From an uncultured Chryseobacterium sp. (GTDB lineage: Bacteria > Bacteroidota > Bacteroidia > Flavobacteriales > Weeksellaceae), in NCBI GenBank assembly GCA_913776245.1, contig CAJYLO010000017.1:21184-85183 (forward strand): a stretch of DNA of 64,000 nucleotides. Direction: 5' to 3'. Shown here one piece after another: positions 31,011 through 42,224 of the stretch (positions are counted from its first letter, which is position 1; each line of letters opens with the position of its first letter). The position numbers were made by a program, and so were the translations under genes. Below the pieces are notes generated by a model. The model worked only from the letters and a program-made list of their open reading frames with translations, did no database searches and was not told the origin of the DNA.

Positions 31011-33422
31011 TTAATTCCCCGCCCTCTGCTTCAAATCATCGGCGCCGCCGGTTTTCCTTGGCTGACCGGACTTGCCTGAGCCGAAGTTATAGGTGTAGGA
31101 CAAGGTCACCACACGGGTGTCCCTTCTCACGATGAAGTTTTCTACATAGCCCGAGTAAATGTTTTTCGCTTCCGGATTGCTCTTTAAGAAGATATCATTA
31201 AAAGAGAATTTGAGCGTACTGTTATTCCTGAATTTTTTCTGTGCCCCGATATTTACCGACCACATCGGCTTCAGGAACATATAGGCATAGACTTCTCTGG
31301 CTTTGTAGTTGCCGGAAAGCTCGGCGTAATAACCATTCCCAATTTTGAAAGAATTAATGCTGTTAAGATCAAATGTGAAATTTCCCTGGTTTTTAATGGC
31401 AGTGTCAGATATATTTCCGGTGTAGCTTCCGTAGTAAAAATTGGCGCTGTTGTTCATATCCCACCATTTGGTGACCCTGATCGGCGCAATGAGATTGAGC
31501 CCGTAATAGGAAACTGTTGCGAGATTTTCCACAGCCTGCACAATGACAGGATTTCCGTTTTCATAAACCGGCTTCAGCACATCGGTGATGTTGTTCCTGG
31601 TTTTGCTGTAGCTGAGGGTTGCAAAATATTTGTTGCTGAAGCTGTAAGTCATCTCATAGCTCATCGTGGTCTGAGGGTTGAGTTCGGGATTTCCGGCCTG
31701 GTAGGTGGTGAGATCCAGATAGAACTTGAAAGGATTCAGCTGCTTGTAGGTTGGTCTCGTAATCCTGCGGCTGAAATTGAGCTCCAGGGAATTTTTGTCA
31801 TTGAAGTCATAAGAAAAAACGGCACTCGGGAATAGTTGTGTGTAATGCTTTTTACTGATCTGGCGAGTGGTGATCTGGTTGCCTGTGACATTGGTGTTTT
31901 CCAGCCTTAGCCCAACATTGACCTTGAACTTTTCCCAGTTTTTGATGAGGTTTCCATACACTGCATTGATGTTTTCTTCATATATAAAATGGTTGCTTTT
32001 AGACTCGTCATTGACTAAAATCCCTGAACTGGCATTGAAAAACTGCAGGTCATTGTCGGCTTTTACAAAGCTTGTTTTGACGCCGGTTTCCAGCTTCAGG
32101 TCATTGCTAAAAACCTTGGTAAGGTCGGATTTGGCAGAGTAGATATTCAGGTTGCCGTCCAGATCGCCATTCAGGATGTATGGACTGGCATTTTCGCTGC
32201 CGCTGATGTCAAAATTCCTGGTCGTGAATTTCTGCATCGACGTGTTGGAATAGTTGATATAATCCAGGTCGGTGGTCAGTTCCGAACCCAAGGAATCAAT
32301 TTTATATTTGTGATTGACATTGACGGAGACATTTTTCCAATGGTCACGATTGTTGCTTTTGGTATTGGATGTGCCCGCAGGATTATAATGGCTATCCAGG
32401 ATCAAGGTTTCATTATTACTGGTGGGATCGAACCTATTGCTTACCAGACCGACAGAAAACCCGAGAATGTTTTTATCATTGGCATAATAATCCATCCCGA
32501 CCTTGGCGATGTGATTCCGGAAATTCATCTTGAGAAAGTTGTCCTGAACGTAAGCCTGGCGGAAATTTCCATTGTCGTAAAAACTCCTGTCCAGCAAGAG
32601 TTTATTGTAAAACTCCCTGTAAGCAAAGCTGTAATTGGCAAACAAATTCACCTTTTTGTTGCGATGATTGATGCTGAAACTGTTGTTATTTTTGATGTAT
32701 TTCCCGGTTCCGACGGATGTTGAGAGACTTCCATTCGTGCCTTTTCTCTGGTCTTTTTTAAGTTTTACATTGATAATCGACGTTCCTGCTGCATCATATT
32801 TTGATGAAGGATTGGTGATGAATTCGATTTTCTCTACTGTTGAAGACGGAATGCCGCGGAGATAATTGGCAAGGTCGGTTCCTGTCATCGGTGTGTTTTT
32901 GCCGTCGATCTGCACGAGAAGATTGGTTTTGCCGCGCATGCTGATATTGTCATTGCTGTCCACTTTCACACCCGGCGCTTTTTCCAAAACTTCGAAGGCG
33001 GAGTTGCCTGTAGCGGCGATGCTGTTTTCTACATTCAGAATCATTTTGCCGTCCTGCCGCTCGATGTAAGGTTTTGTTTTGGTGATGGTGACGCCTTCTA
33101 TGGCTTTTTCATTGAGTGAAATCGAAGGAAGTATGACATTTTCATTCACGGTAACCAGAGACTGATAAGCTTCGGTTCCGTTTTTACTGATCTTCAGATT
33201 GTAGTTTCCTGAAGCCAGATCATTGAACGTGAATTTTCCGTTTTGGTCAACAACTTCGGTTTTTATGAGTTTGTTCTCAGAATTGAAAAGATTGATTTCT
33301 AATTGATTGACATTGTCGGAATCAATCGTTCCGGATAGGGAATAATTCTGGACTGACTGTGCAAATATGTTTGTGAAGAAGGTGACCATCCATAGTAGGA
33401 TTGCTAAGAATATTCTGGTCAT
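31011..33422 (-). CDS. TonB-dependent receptor-like / outer membrane beta-barrel family protein with N-terminal carboxypeptidase-regulatory-like domain
   Basis: EVLEKAPGV, IEFITNPSSKYDAAG, RRITRP..LNPF, GNPELNP, LSYTYNFG. Confidence 0.85.
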   Translation of the reverse strand: MTRIFLAILLWMVTFFTNIFAQSVQNYSLSGTIDSDNVNQLEINLFNSENKLIKTEVVDQNGKFTFNDLASGNYNLKISKNGTEAYQSLVTVNENVILPSISLNEKAIEGVTITKTKPYIERQDGKMILNVENSIAATGNSAFEVLEKAPGVKVDSNDNISMRGKTNLLVQIDGKNTPMTGTDLANYLRGIPSSTVEKIEFITNPSSKYDAAGTSIINVKLKKDQRKGTNGSLSTSVGTGKYIKNNNSFSINHRNKKVNLFANYSFAYREFYNKLLLDRSFYDNGNFRQAYVQDNFLKMNFRNHIAKVGMDYYANDKNILGFSVGLVSNRFDPTSNNETLILDSHYNPAGTSNTKSNNRDHWKNVSVNVNHKYKIDSLGSELTTDLDYINYSNTSMQKFTTRNFDISGSENASPYILNGDLDGNLNIYSAKSDLTKVFSNDLKLETGVKTSFVKADNDLQFFNASSGILVNDESKSNHFIYEENINAVYGNLIKNWEKFKVNVGLRLENTNVTGNQITTRQISKKHYTQLFPSAVFSYDFNDKNSLELNFSRRITRPTYKQLNPFKFYLDLTTYQAGNPELNPQTTMSYEMTYSFSNKYFATLSYSKTRNNITDVLKPVYENGNPVIVQAVENLATVSYYGLNLIAPIRVTKWWDMNNSANFYYGSYTGNISDTAIKNQGNFTFDLNSINSFKIGNGYYAELSGNYKAREVYAYMFLKPMWSVNIGAQKKFRNNSTLKFSFNDIFLKSNPEAKNIYSGYVENFIVRRDTRVVTLSYTYNFGSGKSGQPRKTGGADDLKQRAGN

Positions 33423-33497
33423 TGTGATTATTTTTTAATTAAGGTTGATGATTTGTTTCTCGCAGATTTTATTGATTTTGCAGATGATATGCTTTGG

Positions 33498-33938
33498 CTA
33501 TTTCTTTGCATTGATGCAGTTTTCTGCTATTTTGAGAAGGGTAGTGTTCATGGTTTCCAGCTCTTTTTTGGAAACATTTTGTAAGGCGACGCTTCTGTTA
33601 TTTTCGACGAGGTTTTGCACTTTTTCGATAATATCTTTTCCGGATTTTGTGACTTTCAGATTGGTTTTTCTCCTGTCATTGGGGTGGATTTCCCGTATGA
33701 TGAATTCTGATTTCACCAATAGATCTATGATTCTTGTAACTGAAGCATTGTCTTTGAACACCAAATTTCCGATTTCGTTCTGTGTGATTTCGGGATTTTC
33801 TAGAATGGCTTTGATGATGAGCCATTGGTCTATCGTGATATTGAAGCCGTTTTCTTTCAGTTGTCTCTGCGCGTAGTTTCTGTAAGCGCGGATGGCTTTG
33901 TCGATATTATAAAATATAATCGAATCTAATTTTTCCAT
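33498..33938 (-). CDS. MarR family transcriptional regulator
   Basis: ITIDQWLI, ITQNEIG..KDNASVTRIIDLL, DRRK wing motif. Start set to ATG 33938. Confidence 0.92.
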   Translation of the reverse strand: MEKLDSIIFYNIDKAIRAYRNYAQRQLKENGFNITIDQWLIIKAILENPEITQNEIGNLVFKDNASVTRIIDLLVKSEFIIREIHPNDRRKTNLKVTKSGKDIIEKVQNLVENNRSVALQNVSKKELETMNTTLLKIAENCINAKK

Positions 33939-33963
33939 AATGTATAATTTAAAATGACTTATC

Positions 33964-33986
33964 AATTATTGATGTATCAATTAATT
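33964..33986. promoter_or_regulatory. Putative MarR operator
   Basis: ATTGAT-GT-ATCAAT palindrome flanked by AATT, just upstream of marR. Confidence 0.55.
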
Positions 33987-34116
33987 TGTTGTGGAAGTTT
34001 TTGATTTGTTACAAGTGGGTGAAAAAAATTCAAATAATTTTCTTTAACATTTTACATTGTATCTGTCATTTTGTTAGCTATTATTAAAAAATAATACTTT
34101 TGACAAAAATTTAGAA

Positions 34117-34449
34117 ATGATATTACAACAGCTGAAGATTTCTCCCGAAACAATTAACTTCAAAGAAGTCATTGCTTTTATTGATGAAAATTATGATTTC
34201 ACACCAGTGAGATTTGTAAACGGAAATATGGTTAATGAAGTTAATCAAAATAATGGTTCCTGTAAAGTTTTCAGTTTTGCTAAAATGAACAATCTGTCGA
34301 AAGAAAAAACTTTAGCTTTATTTGGAGATTTTTACAGAATTGATGTTCTGGAAAATCCGGAAGGAAATGATCATCAGAATATCCGGAACTTTATGAAATA
34401 TGGCTGGAACGGGATTTCTTTTTCAGAAGAGGCATTGAAAACAAAATAA
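34117..34449 (+). CDS. HopJ type III effector-like family protein
   Basis: YDFTP..F.NG, QNNGSCKVFSFA, DHQNIRNFMKYGW motifs. Confidence 0.85.
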   Translation: MILQQLKISPETINFKEVIAFIDENYDFTPVRFVNGNMVNEVNQNNGSCKVFSFAKMNNLSKEKTLALFGDFYRIDVLENPEGNDHQNIRNFMKYGWNGISFSEEALKTK

Positions 34450-34453
34450 CCAA

Positions 34454-34470
34454 TTGGCTCACTTCTTGTA
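34454..34470 (+). promoter_or_regulatory. Sigma54-like -24/-12 promoter
   Basis: TTGGCTCACTTCTTGTA versus consensus TTGGCACGNNNNTTGCW; 22 nt before ATG 34493. Confidence 0.55.
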
Positions 34471-34492
34471 ATTCAGTTTAAAATTTAGAATT

Positions 34493-34618
34493 ATGAAATC
34501 AAGATTATTAAGAATGGCTCTGACCTGGGTAGCGCCAATTGTTATTGGTTATGTGGTTAAGAAGTTTGAAGAACGATTGAGTAAAAAACAAGCTCCCAAA
34601 GCTATTAAAGCATCATAA
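34493..34618 (+). CDS. Small protein (41 aa), not in ORF track
   Basis: MKSRLLRMALTWVAPIVIGYVVKKFEERLSKKQAPKAIKAS; own promoter-like site and a terminator immediately after. Confidence 0.7.
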   Translation: MKSRLLRMALTWVAPIVIGYVVKKFEERLSKKQAPKAIKAS

Positions 34619-34646
34619 GAATACCGCTGAACTCAGCGGTATTTTT
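34619..34646 (+). terminator. Intrinsic terminator
   Basis: AATACCGCTGA/TCAGCGGTATT plus T-tract. Confidence 0.85.
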
Positions 34647-34693
34647 GTAAAATGATCCGAGCAATTCCGGCAAAAAATTATCATAGGTTTATT

Positions 34694-34710
34694 TTGGCTT
34701 AAATTTTGAA
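34694..34710 (+). promoter_or_regulatory. Sigma54-like -24/-12 promoter
   Basis: TTGGCTTAAATTTTGAA, with correct GG to TTG spacing. Confidence 0.45.
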
Positions 34711-34783
34711 ACTTTAAAAAAAAATAAATTTTATGAGATCGTATTAGCGATTTCATACATAAATAAACTATAAATTTTAACTT

Positions 34784-34948
34784 ATGAAAAAATATTTTAC
34801 TATTATTCCATTATTTTTAATTTTGGGATTACTGACAAGCTGTGAAGCAATAGAAACAATTTTCAAAGCCGGAATGTGGTGGGGGATTATCCTTGTGGTA
34901 GGAGTTATCGGCTTGGTAATGTGGTTGTTAACAAGGGGTAAAAACTAG
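34784..34948 (+). CDS. Small membrane lipoprotein (54 aa), not in ORF track
   Basis: MKKYFTIIPLFLILGLLTSCEAIETIFKAGMWWGIILVVGVIGLVMWLLTRGKN; lipobox LTSC plus one TM helix. Confidence 0.8.
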   Translation: MKKYFTIIPLFLILGLLTSCEAIETIFKAGMWWGIILVVGVIGLVMWLLTRGKN

Positions 34949-34973
34949 AAAAAGCGGGAGATTTCCCGCTTTA
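34949..34973. terminator. Bidirectional terminator
   Basis: AAAGCGGGA/TCCCGCTTT. Confidence 0.8.
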
Positions 34974-34991
34974 TTATTTGATATGATGATA

Positions 34992-35279
34992 CTACAGATT
35001 TTCCAAAGTCTGGCTCAACTCGTTATAGCCACCGCCGTTATACACATCGGTCATTCCTTCAGATTTAAAATAATCTACCGCTTTTCCGGATCTGTTTCCG
35101 GATCTGCAAAAGAAAATCTTTGTTCCGTTTAGGTTCAGGATTTCCTGTTTTCTGTCTTCCAATTCTCCTAAGGGAATATTCTGCGCTGATTCTATATGTC
35201 CATCCATTTCCAGTTCTAGCGGCTCCCGGACATCTATCAGGTGATAATTCCCGGCTCTTAATACATCTTCTATTGCCAT
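34992..35279 (-). CDS. Rhodanese-like domain protein
   Basis: LIDVREP, GHIESAQNIPL, active-site CRSGNRS. Start ATG 35279. Confidence 0.9.
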   Translation of the reverse strand: MAIEDVLRAGNYHLIDVREPLELEMDGHIESAQNIPLGELEDRKQEILNLNGTKIFFCRSGNRSGKAVDYFKSEGMTDVYNGGGYNELSQTLENL

Positions 35280-35390
35280 TATTCTAAATTTTAAGTTATT
35301 AAACAAAGCTAATTAATAATTTTTGTTTTAGTTAAATATTTAAAATTAAAAAATGTTAAAAATTAAAAGTCTTAATTTCGCGGAATCTTT

Positions 35391-36314
35391 ATGAATCCCA
35401 AAGAAAGACATACACAGCTTATTAAAGACAAAGCTTCTGCTTTTGGTTTTCAGTCGTGTGGGATTTCCAAAGCAAATTTTCTTGAAGAAGAAGCTAGCCA
35501 TCTTGAAAATTGGCTGAATAATAACTTTCATGGGGAGATGAAATACATGGAAAACCATTTTGATAAGCGGCTTGATCCCAGATTACTGGTAGAAGGCTCG
35601 AAGTCTGTGATTTCATTAAGCTATAATTATTTCCCAAAAGAACAGATTAATACTGATAGTTTCAAACTATCCAAATATGCTTACGGAGAAGACTATCACG
35701 ATGTTATAAAAGATAAACTCAGAAATCTTGTTGCAGAACTACAGGAGGAAATAGGTGAATTTTCATTCAGGGTTTTTGTAGATTCGGCACCCGTTTTGGA
35801 AAAAGCGTGGGCCAGAAAGTCAGGCATTGGCTGGGTTGGTAAGAATGCCAATCTGATTACCAAAAAGAACGGATCATTTTATTTTCTTGCAGAGATTATC
35901 TGTGACCTGGAGCTGGTGGAGGACTTTCCGGTAACGGACCATTGCGGGAGTTGCAGAAAATGCATTGATGCGTGCCCGACACAGGCGATCATTTCTGATA
36001 AGATCATTGATGGCAGCAAATGTATTTCTTACGCAACCATTGAGCTGAAAGACCAGATCCCTGATTATTTCACAGATAAAATGGACGATTGGATGTTTGG
36101 CTGCGACGTCTGCCAGGATGTTTGTCCCTGGAACCGGTTTTCGGCTCCTACTTTGGAAGAGAAATTTCAGCCGAATTCCCAGCTAAAAAACTTTACAAAA
36201 CAGGATTGGAAAGATATTACCCAAGAGATTTTTTCCACGGTTTTCAAAAAATCAGCAGTTAAAAGAACCAAATTTGCAGGACTGAAACGGAACCTCGATT
36301 TTTTATCTGAGTAA
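35391..36314 (+). CDS. queG: Epoxyqueuosine reductase
   Basis: [42 protein letters not shown]. Confidence 0.95.
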   Translation: MNPKERHTQLIKDKASAFGFQSCGISKANFLEEEASHLENWLNNNFHGEMKYMENHFDKRLDPRLLVEGSKSVISLSYNYFPKEQINTDSFKLSKYAYGEDYHDVIKDKLRNLVAELQEEIGEFSFRVFVDSAPVLEKAWARKSGIGWVGKNANLITKKNGSFYFLAEIICDLELVEDFPVTDHCGSCRKCIDACPTQAIISDKIIDGSKCISYATIELKDQIPDYFTDKMDDWMFGCDVCQDVCPWNRFSAPTLEEKFQPNSQLKNFTKQDWKDITQEIFSTVFKKSAVKRTKFAGLKRNLDFLSE

Positions 36315-36544
36315 AGTTCCGTTACTGATTATCTTTTTTTCTGGATTCTTTTTGGGGCAACTTTTACTCTTATTTTTAATCGTTTGTGAGATTGACGTTT
36401 TTTTGGCATATTTTGATAATTTTGTGCTAATAAAATTCAAGAATTTTTCTGATAAAAACAAGTATTTTAAAAATATTTAACATTTTGATTTCGTGTTAAT
36501 ATTTTTATTAATTTTATAGTTCGCACGTTTGACAAAGTCATAAG

Positions 36545-37225
36545 ATGAAAAAACCGTTATTATTTATCCTAAAAGTCATCGGCTTCTTACTGGGAGCCGT
36601 TTTTTTATACGTTATTTTGGGTTTGTTAATTCCTTACATTCCTGTCCGCGCAGAAAAAACCAATGATCCGAAAGTCATAGAACTCTATATTCTTACCAAT
36701 GGTGTTCACACGGATCTGGTAGTTCCTGTCAAGACAAAATACATTGACTGGAGCAGGAAACTGCCATTCGAAAATACCAAAGGAAAAGAGAATGATTTTA
36801 ATTATATTTCGTTTGGCTGGGGCGATAAGGGTTTCTATCTGGATACGCCAACCTGGGCAGACCTGAAGTTTTCTACCGCTTTCAAAGCGGCTTTCTGGCT
36901 TAGCGATTCCGCAATGCATTGTACTTATTATAAATCAATGAAACAAGCTGATGATTGTAAAAAGATGATGCTCACCGAAAAACAATACCAGCAGCTCATT
37001 CGGTTCATCGATTCAAAATTTGATAAAGACGCTTCCGGAAAATATATTCTGATAAAAACCGATGCTGTTTATGGTAACAATGATGCTTTTTACGATGCAA
37101 AAGGAAGCTACAACTTTACTTACACCTGCAACACTTGGGCAAACAACGGTCTGAAGGCGTCCGGACAAAAAGCCGCACTGTGGACTCCGACAGATTTCGG
37201 GATTTTTCAGCATTATAAAAGATAG
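36545..37225 (+). CDS. TIGR02117/DUF2459-like protein
   Basis: NGVHTDLV, FGWGDKGFY, YTCNTWAN motifs. Confidence 0.8.
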   Translation: MKKPLLFILKVIGFLLGAVFLYVILGLLIPYIPVRAEKTNDPKVIELYILTNGVHTDLVVPVKTKYIDWSRKLPFENTKGKENDFNYISFGWGDKGFYLDTPTWADLKFSTAFKAAFWLSDSAMHCTYYKSMKQADDCKKMMLTEKQYQQLIRFIDSKFDKDASGKYILIKTDAVYGNNDAFYDAKGSYNFTYTCNTWANNGLKASGQKAALWTPTDFGIFQHYKR

Positions 37226-37279
37226 TGAAATAAAAAAAAAATTTCAACGTTTTAGTTTTTAATAACCAAAAACTGATCT

Positions 37280-38872
37280 ATGAAATTCAATTCTATTCTA
37301 GTCATTATAATCCTTTTACTAGCGTTTAATCATTTTCAGTCTCAAGTTAATAATGAAATCCAGCCAAAGAGTCTGGAGTTCAAAAACCTTCCAGAAATTT
37401 CGCCCGTTATTCTACCTTATTTTGATTTGAAATCAATTCAGAATGAAGACAAAGTAAATGATAGAAGATTGGATATGCCTTTTCGTTTCGGATATAAGTT
37501 TAATGTCAATTATAGTTTACAAAATTCCGGAACCTGGGAAAATTTAAATAATGGTGATAGAATTTGGAGAATTCGTTTTGTGTCAGAAGGTGCAAAGACT
37601 ATGAATTTTATTTTTGAAGACTTTTTTATTCCAATTGGTGCTAAATTATTTTTATACAATAATGATAAAACAGATATTTTAGGGGCTTATACTTTTGCTC
37701 AAAATAATAAAGCAAAAACTTTAGGAACCTGGATTGTAAAAGGTGATGATGTAGTTGTGGAGTATTATGAGCCAGTTTCTCAGAAAGGAAAAGGATCATT
37801 TATAATTAAAAATATAACCCACGGCTATCGTTCAGGCGTTAACTTAAATGCATCCAATCCTTGTAATCTCGATGTTAATTGCTCAATTGGAAGTGATGCA
37901 GATCCTTTGAAAAATTTTGTAAAAAAATCAGTTGCTTTGGTTTTAGTAGATGGAACTGCTATGTGTTCCGGAGCTTTGATTAATAATACGGCCAATGACA
38001 GAAAGCCATATTTTTTAACAGCAGATCATTGCTATTCGGATCCGGCAACTTGGGCTTTTAGGTTTAATTGGATTAGTACAAATACTATTTGTGCAACTGA
38101 AGGAGATAGCGTTAGCAATACAGATTATCATACAATTAGCGGAGCAACATTAAGAGCCAGGAGAGAGGCTTCAGATTTTTGTCTTGTAGAGATTAACTCT
38201 GATATTCCGCCAGATTGGGGTACGGTTTGGGCAGGCTGGGACAGAACAGTAAATGTTTCTCCTTGGGTTTTCGGGATTCATCATCCTATGGGAGATATAA
38301 TGAAAACTTGTAGAGATAGTAGTCCTGTTTTATCAGGGAGTATGTGGAGGGTTAATAATTGGGAAATGGGAGTTACAGAATCAGGCTCTTCTGGTTCACC
38401 TCTTTATAATAATAATGGTAAAATTATAGGGCAGTTATGTTGCGGTTACGGTGATTGTATTGATAATACATATCAGGGCGGATACAACTCCTATGGAAGA
38501 TTTGATATTTCCTGGAATGGAGGAGGAACTTCGGATACTCAACTTGAAAACTGGTTAGACCCAATTAATTCTGGAGTAACAGTGTTAGACAGTTATCCAA
38601 TTTTTGATTTAGTAACTGCAGAAAACGCTTTTTTGGATCAGATTAAAGTTTACCCTAATCCTTCTAAAGATATTTTTATTGTTGATTTAAATGCTATGAG
38701 CAATAATTTGGAATATTATCTCTTTTCATTTGATGGTTCTTTAATTAGTAAGGGAAAGTTTTATAAAAAAACAAATAAAGTGGATTTGTCCGGAAAACCC
38801 ATTGGAACCTATCTTCTAAAATTAGTGAGCGGAAAAACTATCATCAAAACTTTAAAGCTGTTGAAACAATAG
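37280..38872 (+). CDS. Lysyl endopeptidase-like (S1) serine protease with T9SS C-terminal sorting domain
   Basis: CSGALINN, TADHC, DFCLVE, GSSGSP triad; CTD VYPNP...GTYLLK...KLLKQ. Confidence 0.88.
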   Translation: MKFNSILVIIILLLAFNHFQSQVNNEIQPKSLEFKNLPEISPVILPYFDLKSIQNEDKVNDRRLDMPFRFGYKFNVNYSLQNSGTWENLNNGDRIWRIRFVSEGAKTMNFIFEDFFIPIGAKLFLYNNDKTDILGAYTFAQNNKAKTLGTWIVKGDDVVVEYYEPVSQKGKGSFIIKNITHGYRSGVNLNASNPCNLDVNCSIGSDADPLKNFVKKSVALVLVDGTAMCSGALINNTANDRKPYFLTADHCYSDPATWAFRFNWISTNTICATEGDSVSNTDYHTISGATLRARREASDFCLVEINSDIPPDWGTVWAGWDRTVNVSPWVFGIHHPMGDIMKTCRDSSPVLSGSMWRVNNWEMGVTESGSSGSPLYNNNGKIIGQLCCGYGDCIDNTYQGGYNSYGRFDISWNGGGTSDTQLENWLDPINSGVTVLDSYPIFDLVTAENAFLDQIKVYPNPSKDIFIVDLNAMSNNLEYYLFSFDGSLISKGKFYKKTNKVDLSGKPIGTYLLKLVSGKTIIKTLKLLKQ

Positions 38873-38948
38873 AAAAACATTCATAAAATCACATAATTTC
38901 ATTAAATTCGCATCCGATAAAAAAGCTTCAAACAAGCAAAATTAAATT

Positions 38949-41552
38949 ATGACTTCACAAGAAATAAGACAGCAATTTTTAGACTTTTTCAAAAGCAAGG
39001 AACACCTGATTGTTCCATCTGCGCCCATTGTTCTGAAAGACGATCCTACACTGATGTTTTCCAACTCAGGAATGACCCAGTTCAAAGATTATTTTTTAGG
39101 ATACAAAGAGCCAAAAGCATCAAGAATTGCCGATACGCAGAAATGTCTGAGAGTTTCCGGGAAACATAATGACTTGGATGATGTTGGTAGAGACACTTAT
39201 CATCACACGATGTTTGAAATGTTGGGGAACTGGTCTTTTGGTGATTATTTTAAAAAAGAAGCCATTGACTGGGCCTGGGAATTATTAACAGAAGTCTATA
39301 AAATCCCAAAAGAAAATCTTTATGTCACGATTTTTGAAGGCGACGAAAAAGAAAATCTTGCACGTGATAATGAAGCCTACAATTACTGGAAAGCACACAT
39401 TTCTGAAGACAGAATCATCAATGGAAATAAGAAAGATAATTTCTGGGAAATGGGCGCAAGCGGACCTTGCGGACCTTGTTCGGAAATTCACGTTGATTTG
39501 AGAAGTGATGAAGAAAAAGCCAAAGTTTCCGGACTGGAATTGGTCAATAATGACCATCCGCAGGTGGTGGAAATATGGAATCTGGTTTTTATGCAGTTCA
39601 ACAGAAAAGCAGACGGATCTTTGGAAAATCTTCCCGCAAAACACATCGATACCGGAATGGGATTTGAACGTCTTTGTATGGCTTTACAACAAAAAGAATC
39701 CAATTATGATACGGATGTTTTCACCCCTTTGATTACTAAAGTTGAGGAACTTTCTGGTAAAAAATATACCGGAATTTTAGCTGACGAAAAAGATATTGCG
39801 ATTCGTGTGGTCGTTGACCATATCAGAGCGGTTTCTTTTGCGATTGCAGACGGACAGTTGCCTTCCAACGGTGGTGCAGGTTACGTTATCCGAAGAATTT
39901 TAAGAAGAGGAATTTCTTATGCATACAGATTCTTAGACCGAAAAGAGCCTTTTCTTTACCAATTGGTGGCTGTTTTACAGGAGCAGATGGGTAAATTCTT
40001 TCCAGAATTGGAAAAACAGGGAACTTTGGTTACTGAAGTGATTAAAAGTGAAGAAGAATCTTTCCTAAGAACAATTGAAACAGGATTAATCAGAGTAGAG
40101 AAATTGATTCAGCAAACGATTGCTGAAGGTAAAAAAGTATTGCCAACCGAAGAAGTTTTCGAATTATATGATACATACGGTTTCCCGGATGACTTGACGA
40201 GAATTATCGCTGAGGAAAAAGGACTAACCATTGATGAAGCCGGATTTGAAGAGGCTTTAAATGAGCAAAAGAAACGTTCAAAAGCAGATTCAGCACAGAA
40301 AGTTTACGACTGGGTAACGTTGGAAGAAAAGCCTGAAAACTTCGTGGGTTATGATAAAATCGAATCAGAAACCTATATTACAAGATACCGAAAAGTAGAA
40401 AATAAAGATGGCGAGTTTTATCAGGTCGTCTTAAGCGAATCGCCATTCTATCCGGAAGGCGGTGGACAAATCGGAGATAAAGGAGCGCTTGAAAATGCGA
40501 CTGAAAGCTTTGAAGTTCTGGAAACTAAAAAAGAAAACGGATTGATCATTTCATTAATCAACGGTCTTCCAAAAGATGCAGGTGCAGTTTTCTATGCGAA
40601 AGTCAATGCAGCCGACAGAAAAAATACACAGTCCAACCACTCGGTAACACACTTGTTGCACGAAGCGTTGAGAGAAGTTTTGGGAACGCACGTTGAGCAG
40701 AAAGGTTCGTTTGTCGGTCCGGATTATCTTCGTTTCGATTTCTCTCATTTCAGTAAAATGACAGAAGAAGAGCTGAAACTGGTTGAAGATAAAGTAAATG
40801 CCAAAATCAAAGAAAGCATTGCTTTGCAGGAATTCAGAAATATCCCGATTCAGGAAGCTCTGGACAGAGGCGCAATGGCTCTGTTTGGTGAAAAGTATGG
40901 TGATAATGTACGAATGATCCAGTTTGGAACTTCGTTGGAACTTTGCGGTGGAACGCACGTTAAAAATACCAGCGAAATCGGCCATTTTAAAATTGTTTCC
41001 GAAAGTTCGGCAGCAGCAGGAATCCGAAGAATTGAAGCGATTTCCGGAGATAAATCCGCTGAATATTTTAATAATTTAGAAAAACAGATTAATGAACTTT
41101 CTCTATTATTAAAATCTAAAGATATTGTAAAATCAATTGAGAAATTAATCGAAGAGAACGCTTCTTTAAAGTCTGAAGTTGAAGCTTTCAAAAAAGAGAA
41201 GGCAAAAGGCGAAATCGGAGACTGGAAAAATGCTTACGAGCAAAAAGCCGATAAGAAGCTTTTGGTAAAGAAAACCTCTCTTGATGCGGGTTCCGTAAAA
41301 GACATCGTCTTCCAGCTAAAAAGAGAAATCCCGACTTCGGTAACAATCATTCTTTCCGATGCGGACGGAAAACCGATGATTGCAGTCGGAGTTTCCGATG
41401 ATCTGGCAACAGGCTATCAGGCAGGAGCCATCGTGAAAGAGCTGGCAAAAGAAATCCAGGGCGGCGGCGGCGGTAACCCGGGCTTCGCAACAGCAGGAGG
41501 AAAAAATCTTGACGGTCTGGAAAATGCTTATCAAAAGGCATTAAAACTATAA
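38949..41552 (+). CDS. alaS: Alanine--tRNA ligase
   Basis: [26 protein letters not shown], editing HxxxH and ELCGGTH, GGGGG C-Ala domain. Confidence 0.98.
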   Translation: MTSQEIRQQFLDFFKSKEHLIVPSAPIVLKDDPTLMFSNSGMTQFKDYFLGYKEPKASRIADTQKCLRVSGKHNDLDDVGRDTYHHTMFEMLGNWSFGDYFKKEAIDWAWELLTEVYKIPKENLYVTIFEGDEKENLARDNEAYNYWKAHISEDRIINGNKKDNFWEMGASGPCGPCSEIHVDLRSDEEKAKVSGLELVNNDHPQVVEIWNLVFMQFNRKADGSLENLPAKHIDTGMGFERLCMALQQKESNYDTDVFTPLITKVEELSGKKYTGILADEKDIAIRVVVDHIRAVSFAIADGQLPSNGGAGYVIRRILRRGISYAYRFLDRKEPFLYQLVAVLQEQMGKFFPELEKQGTLVTEVIKSEEESFLRTIETGLIRVEKLIQQTIAEGKKVLPTEEVFELYDTYGFPDDLTRIIAEEKGLTIDEAGFEEALNEQKKRSKADSAQKVYDWVTLEEKPENFVGYDKIESETYITRYRKVENKDGEFYQVVLSESPFYPEGGGQIGDKGALENATESFEVLETKKENGLIISLINGLPKDAGAVFYAKVNAADRKNTQSNHSVTHLLHEALREVLGTHVEQKGSFVGPDYLRFDFSHFSKMTEEELKLVEDKVNAKIKESIALQEFRNIPIQEALDRGAMALFGEKYGDNVRMIQFGTSLELCGGTHVKNTSEIGHFKIVSESSAAAGIRRIEAISGDKSAEYFNNLEKQINELSLLLKSKDIVKSIEKLIEENASLKSEVEAFKKEKAKGEIGDWKNAYEQKADKKLLVKKTSLDAGSVKDIVFQLKREIPTSVTIILSDADGKPMIAVGVSDDLATGYQAGAIVKELAKEIQGGGGGNPGFATAGGKNLDGLENAYQKALKL

Positions 41553-41745
41553 AATGATTTAAATATATATTAAAGAAGAGAATGTCATATCTGATGTTCT
41601 CTTTTTATTTAATTAGATAAAAATGGTAAAGTTTCAGAAATATTGCATAATTTTAAACCATTGTAACAATTATGCTATGCTTAAATTAATATTTATTTTC
41701 GTGTAAAAGTTGCAGGATTATTGTCGTATCATTAAAAATATACTA

Positions 41746-42222
41746 ATGAAAACACTTTTACTTATTCGTCATGCTAAAAGCGACTGGCCTGAAAATATGG
41801 ATGATTTTGACCGTCCGCTTACAGAGCTTGGAAAAATTAATGCACCAAAAATGGCTGAATTTCTTAAATCTAAAGGTGTGACAATAAATGCCTTCATCAG
41901 CAGTCCTGCGCAAAGAGCCAGGCATACTTGTGAACTGTTTTCAGAGGTTTTTGGTAAGCAATACCAGACCAATGAAAAATTATACCGTCCCTCTGAAAAT
42001 AATTTTCTTTCCGTGATATTTGACGTTGCTGATGATGTCAATTCGCTGGCACTGTTTTCTCATAACAATGGGATTTCAAATTTTGCTAATTCGCTTTCTT
42101 CCGAGCTTGTCAATCTGCCTACTTCCGGTGTGGTCGCTTATGAAATCAACTGTGATAAATGGAGTGATTTCGAAATGGCGGAAAAGAAATTCCTGTACTT
42201 TTATTCGCCTAAAAATTTCTAA
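41746..42222 (+). CDS. SixA-type histidine phosphatase
   Basis: RHAKS, DFDRPLT, SSPAQRA, SHN. Start ATG 41746. Confidence 0.88.
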   Translation: MKTLLLIRHAKSDWPENMDDFDRPLTELGKINAPKMAEFLKSKGVTINAFISSPAQRARHTCELFSEVFGKQYQTNEKLYRPSENNFLSVIFDVADDVNSLALFSHNNGISNFANSLSSELVNLPTSGVVAYEINCDKWSDFEMAEKKFLYFYSPKNF

Positions 42223-42224
42223 AT

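Noticed and set aside
34117-34449. HopJ as evidence of a type III secretion system
   Set aside because: The family is widespread in bacteria without T3SS, and no secretion genes are present here.
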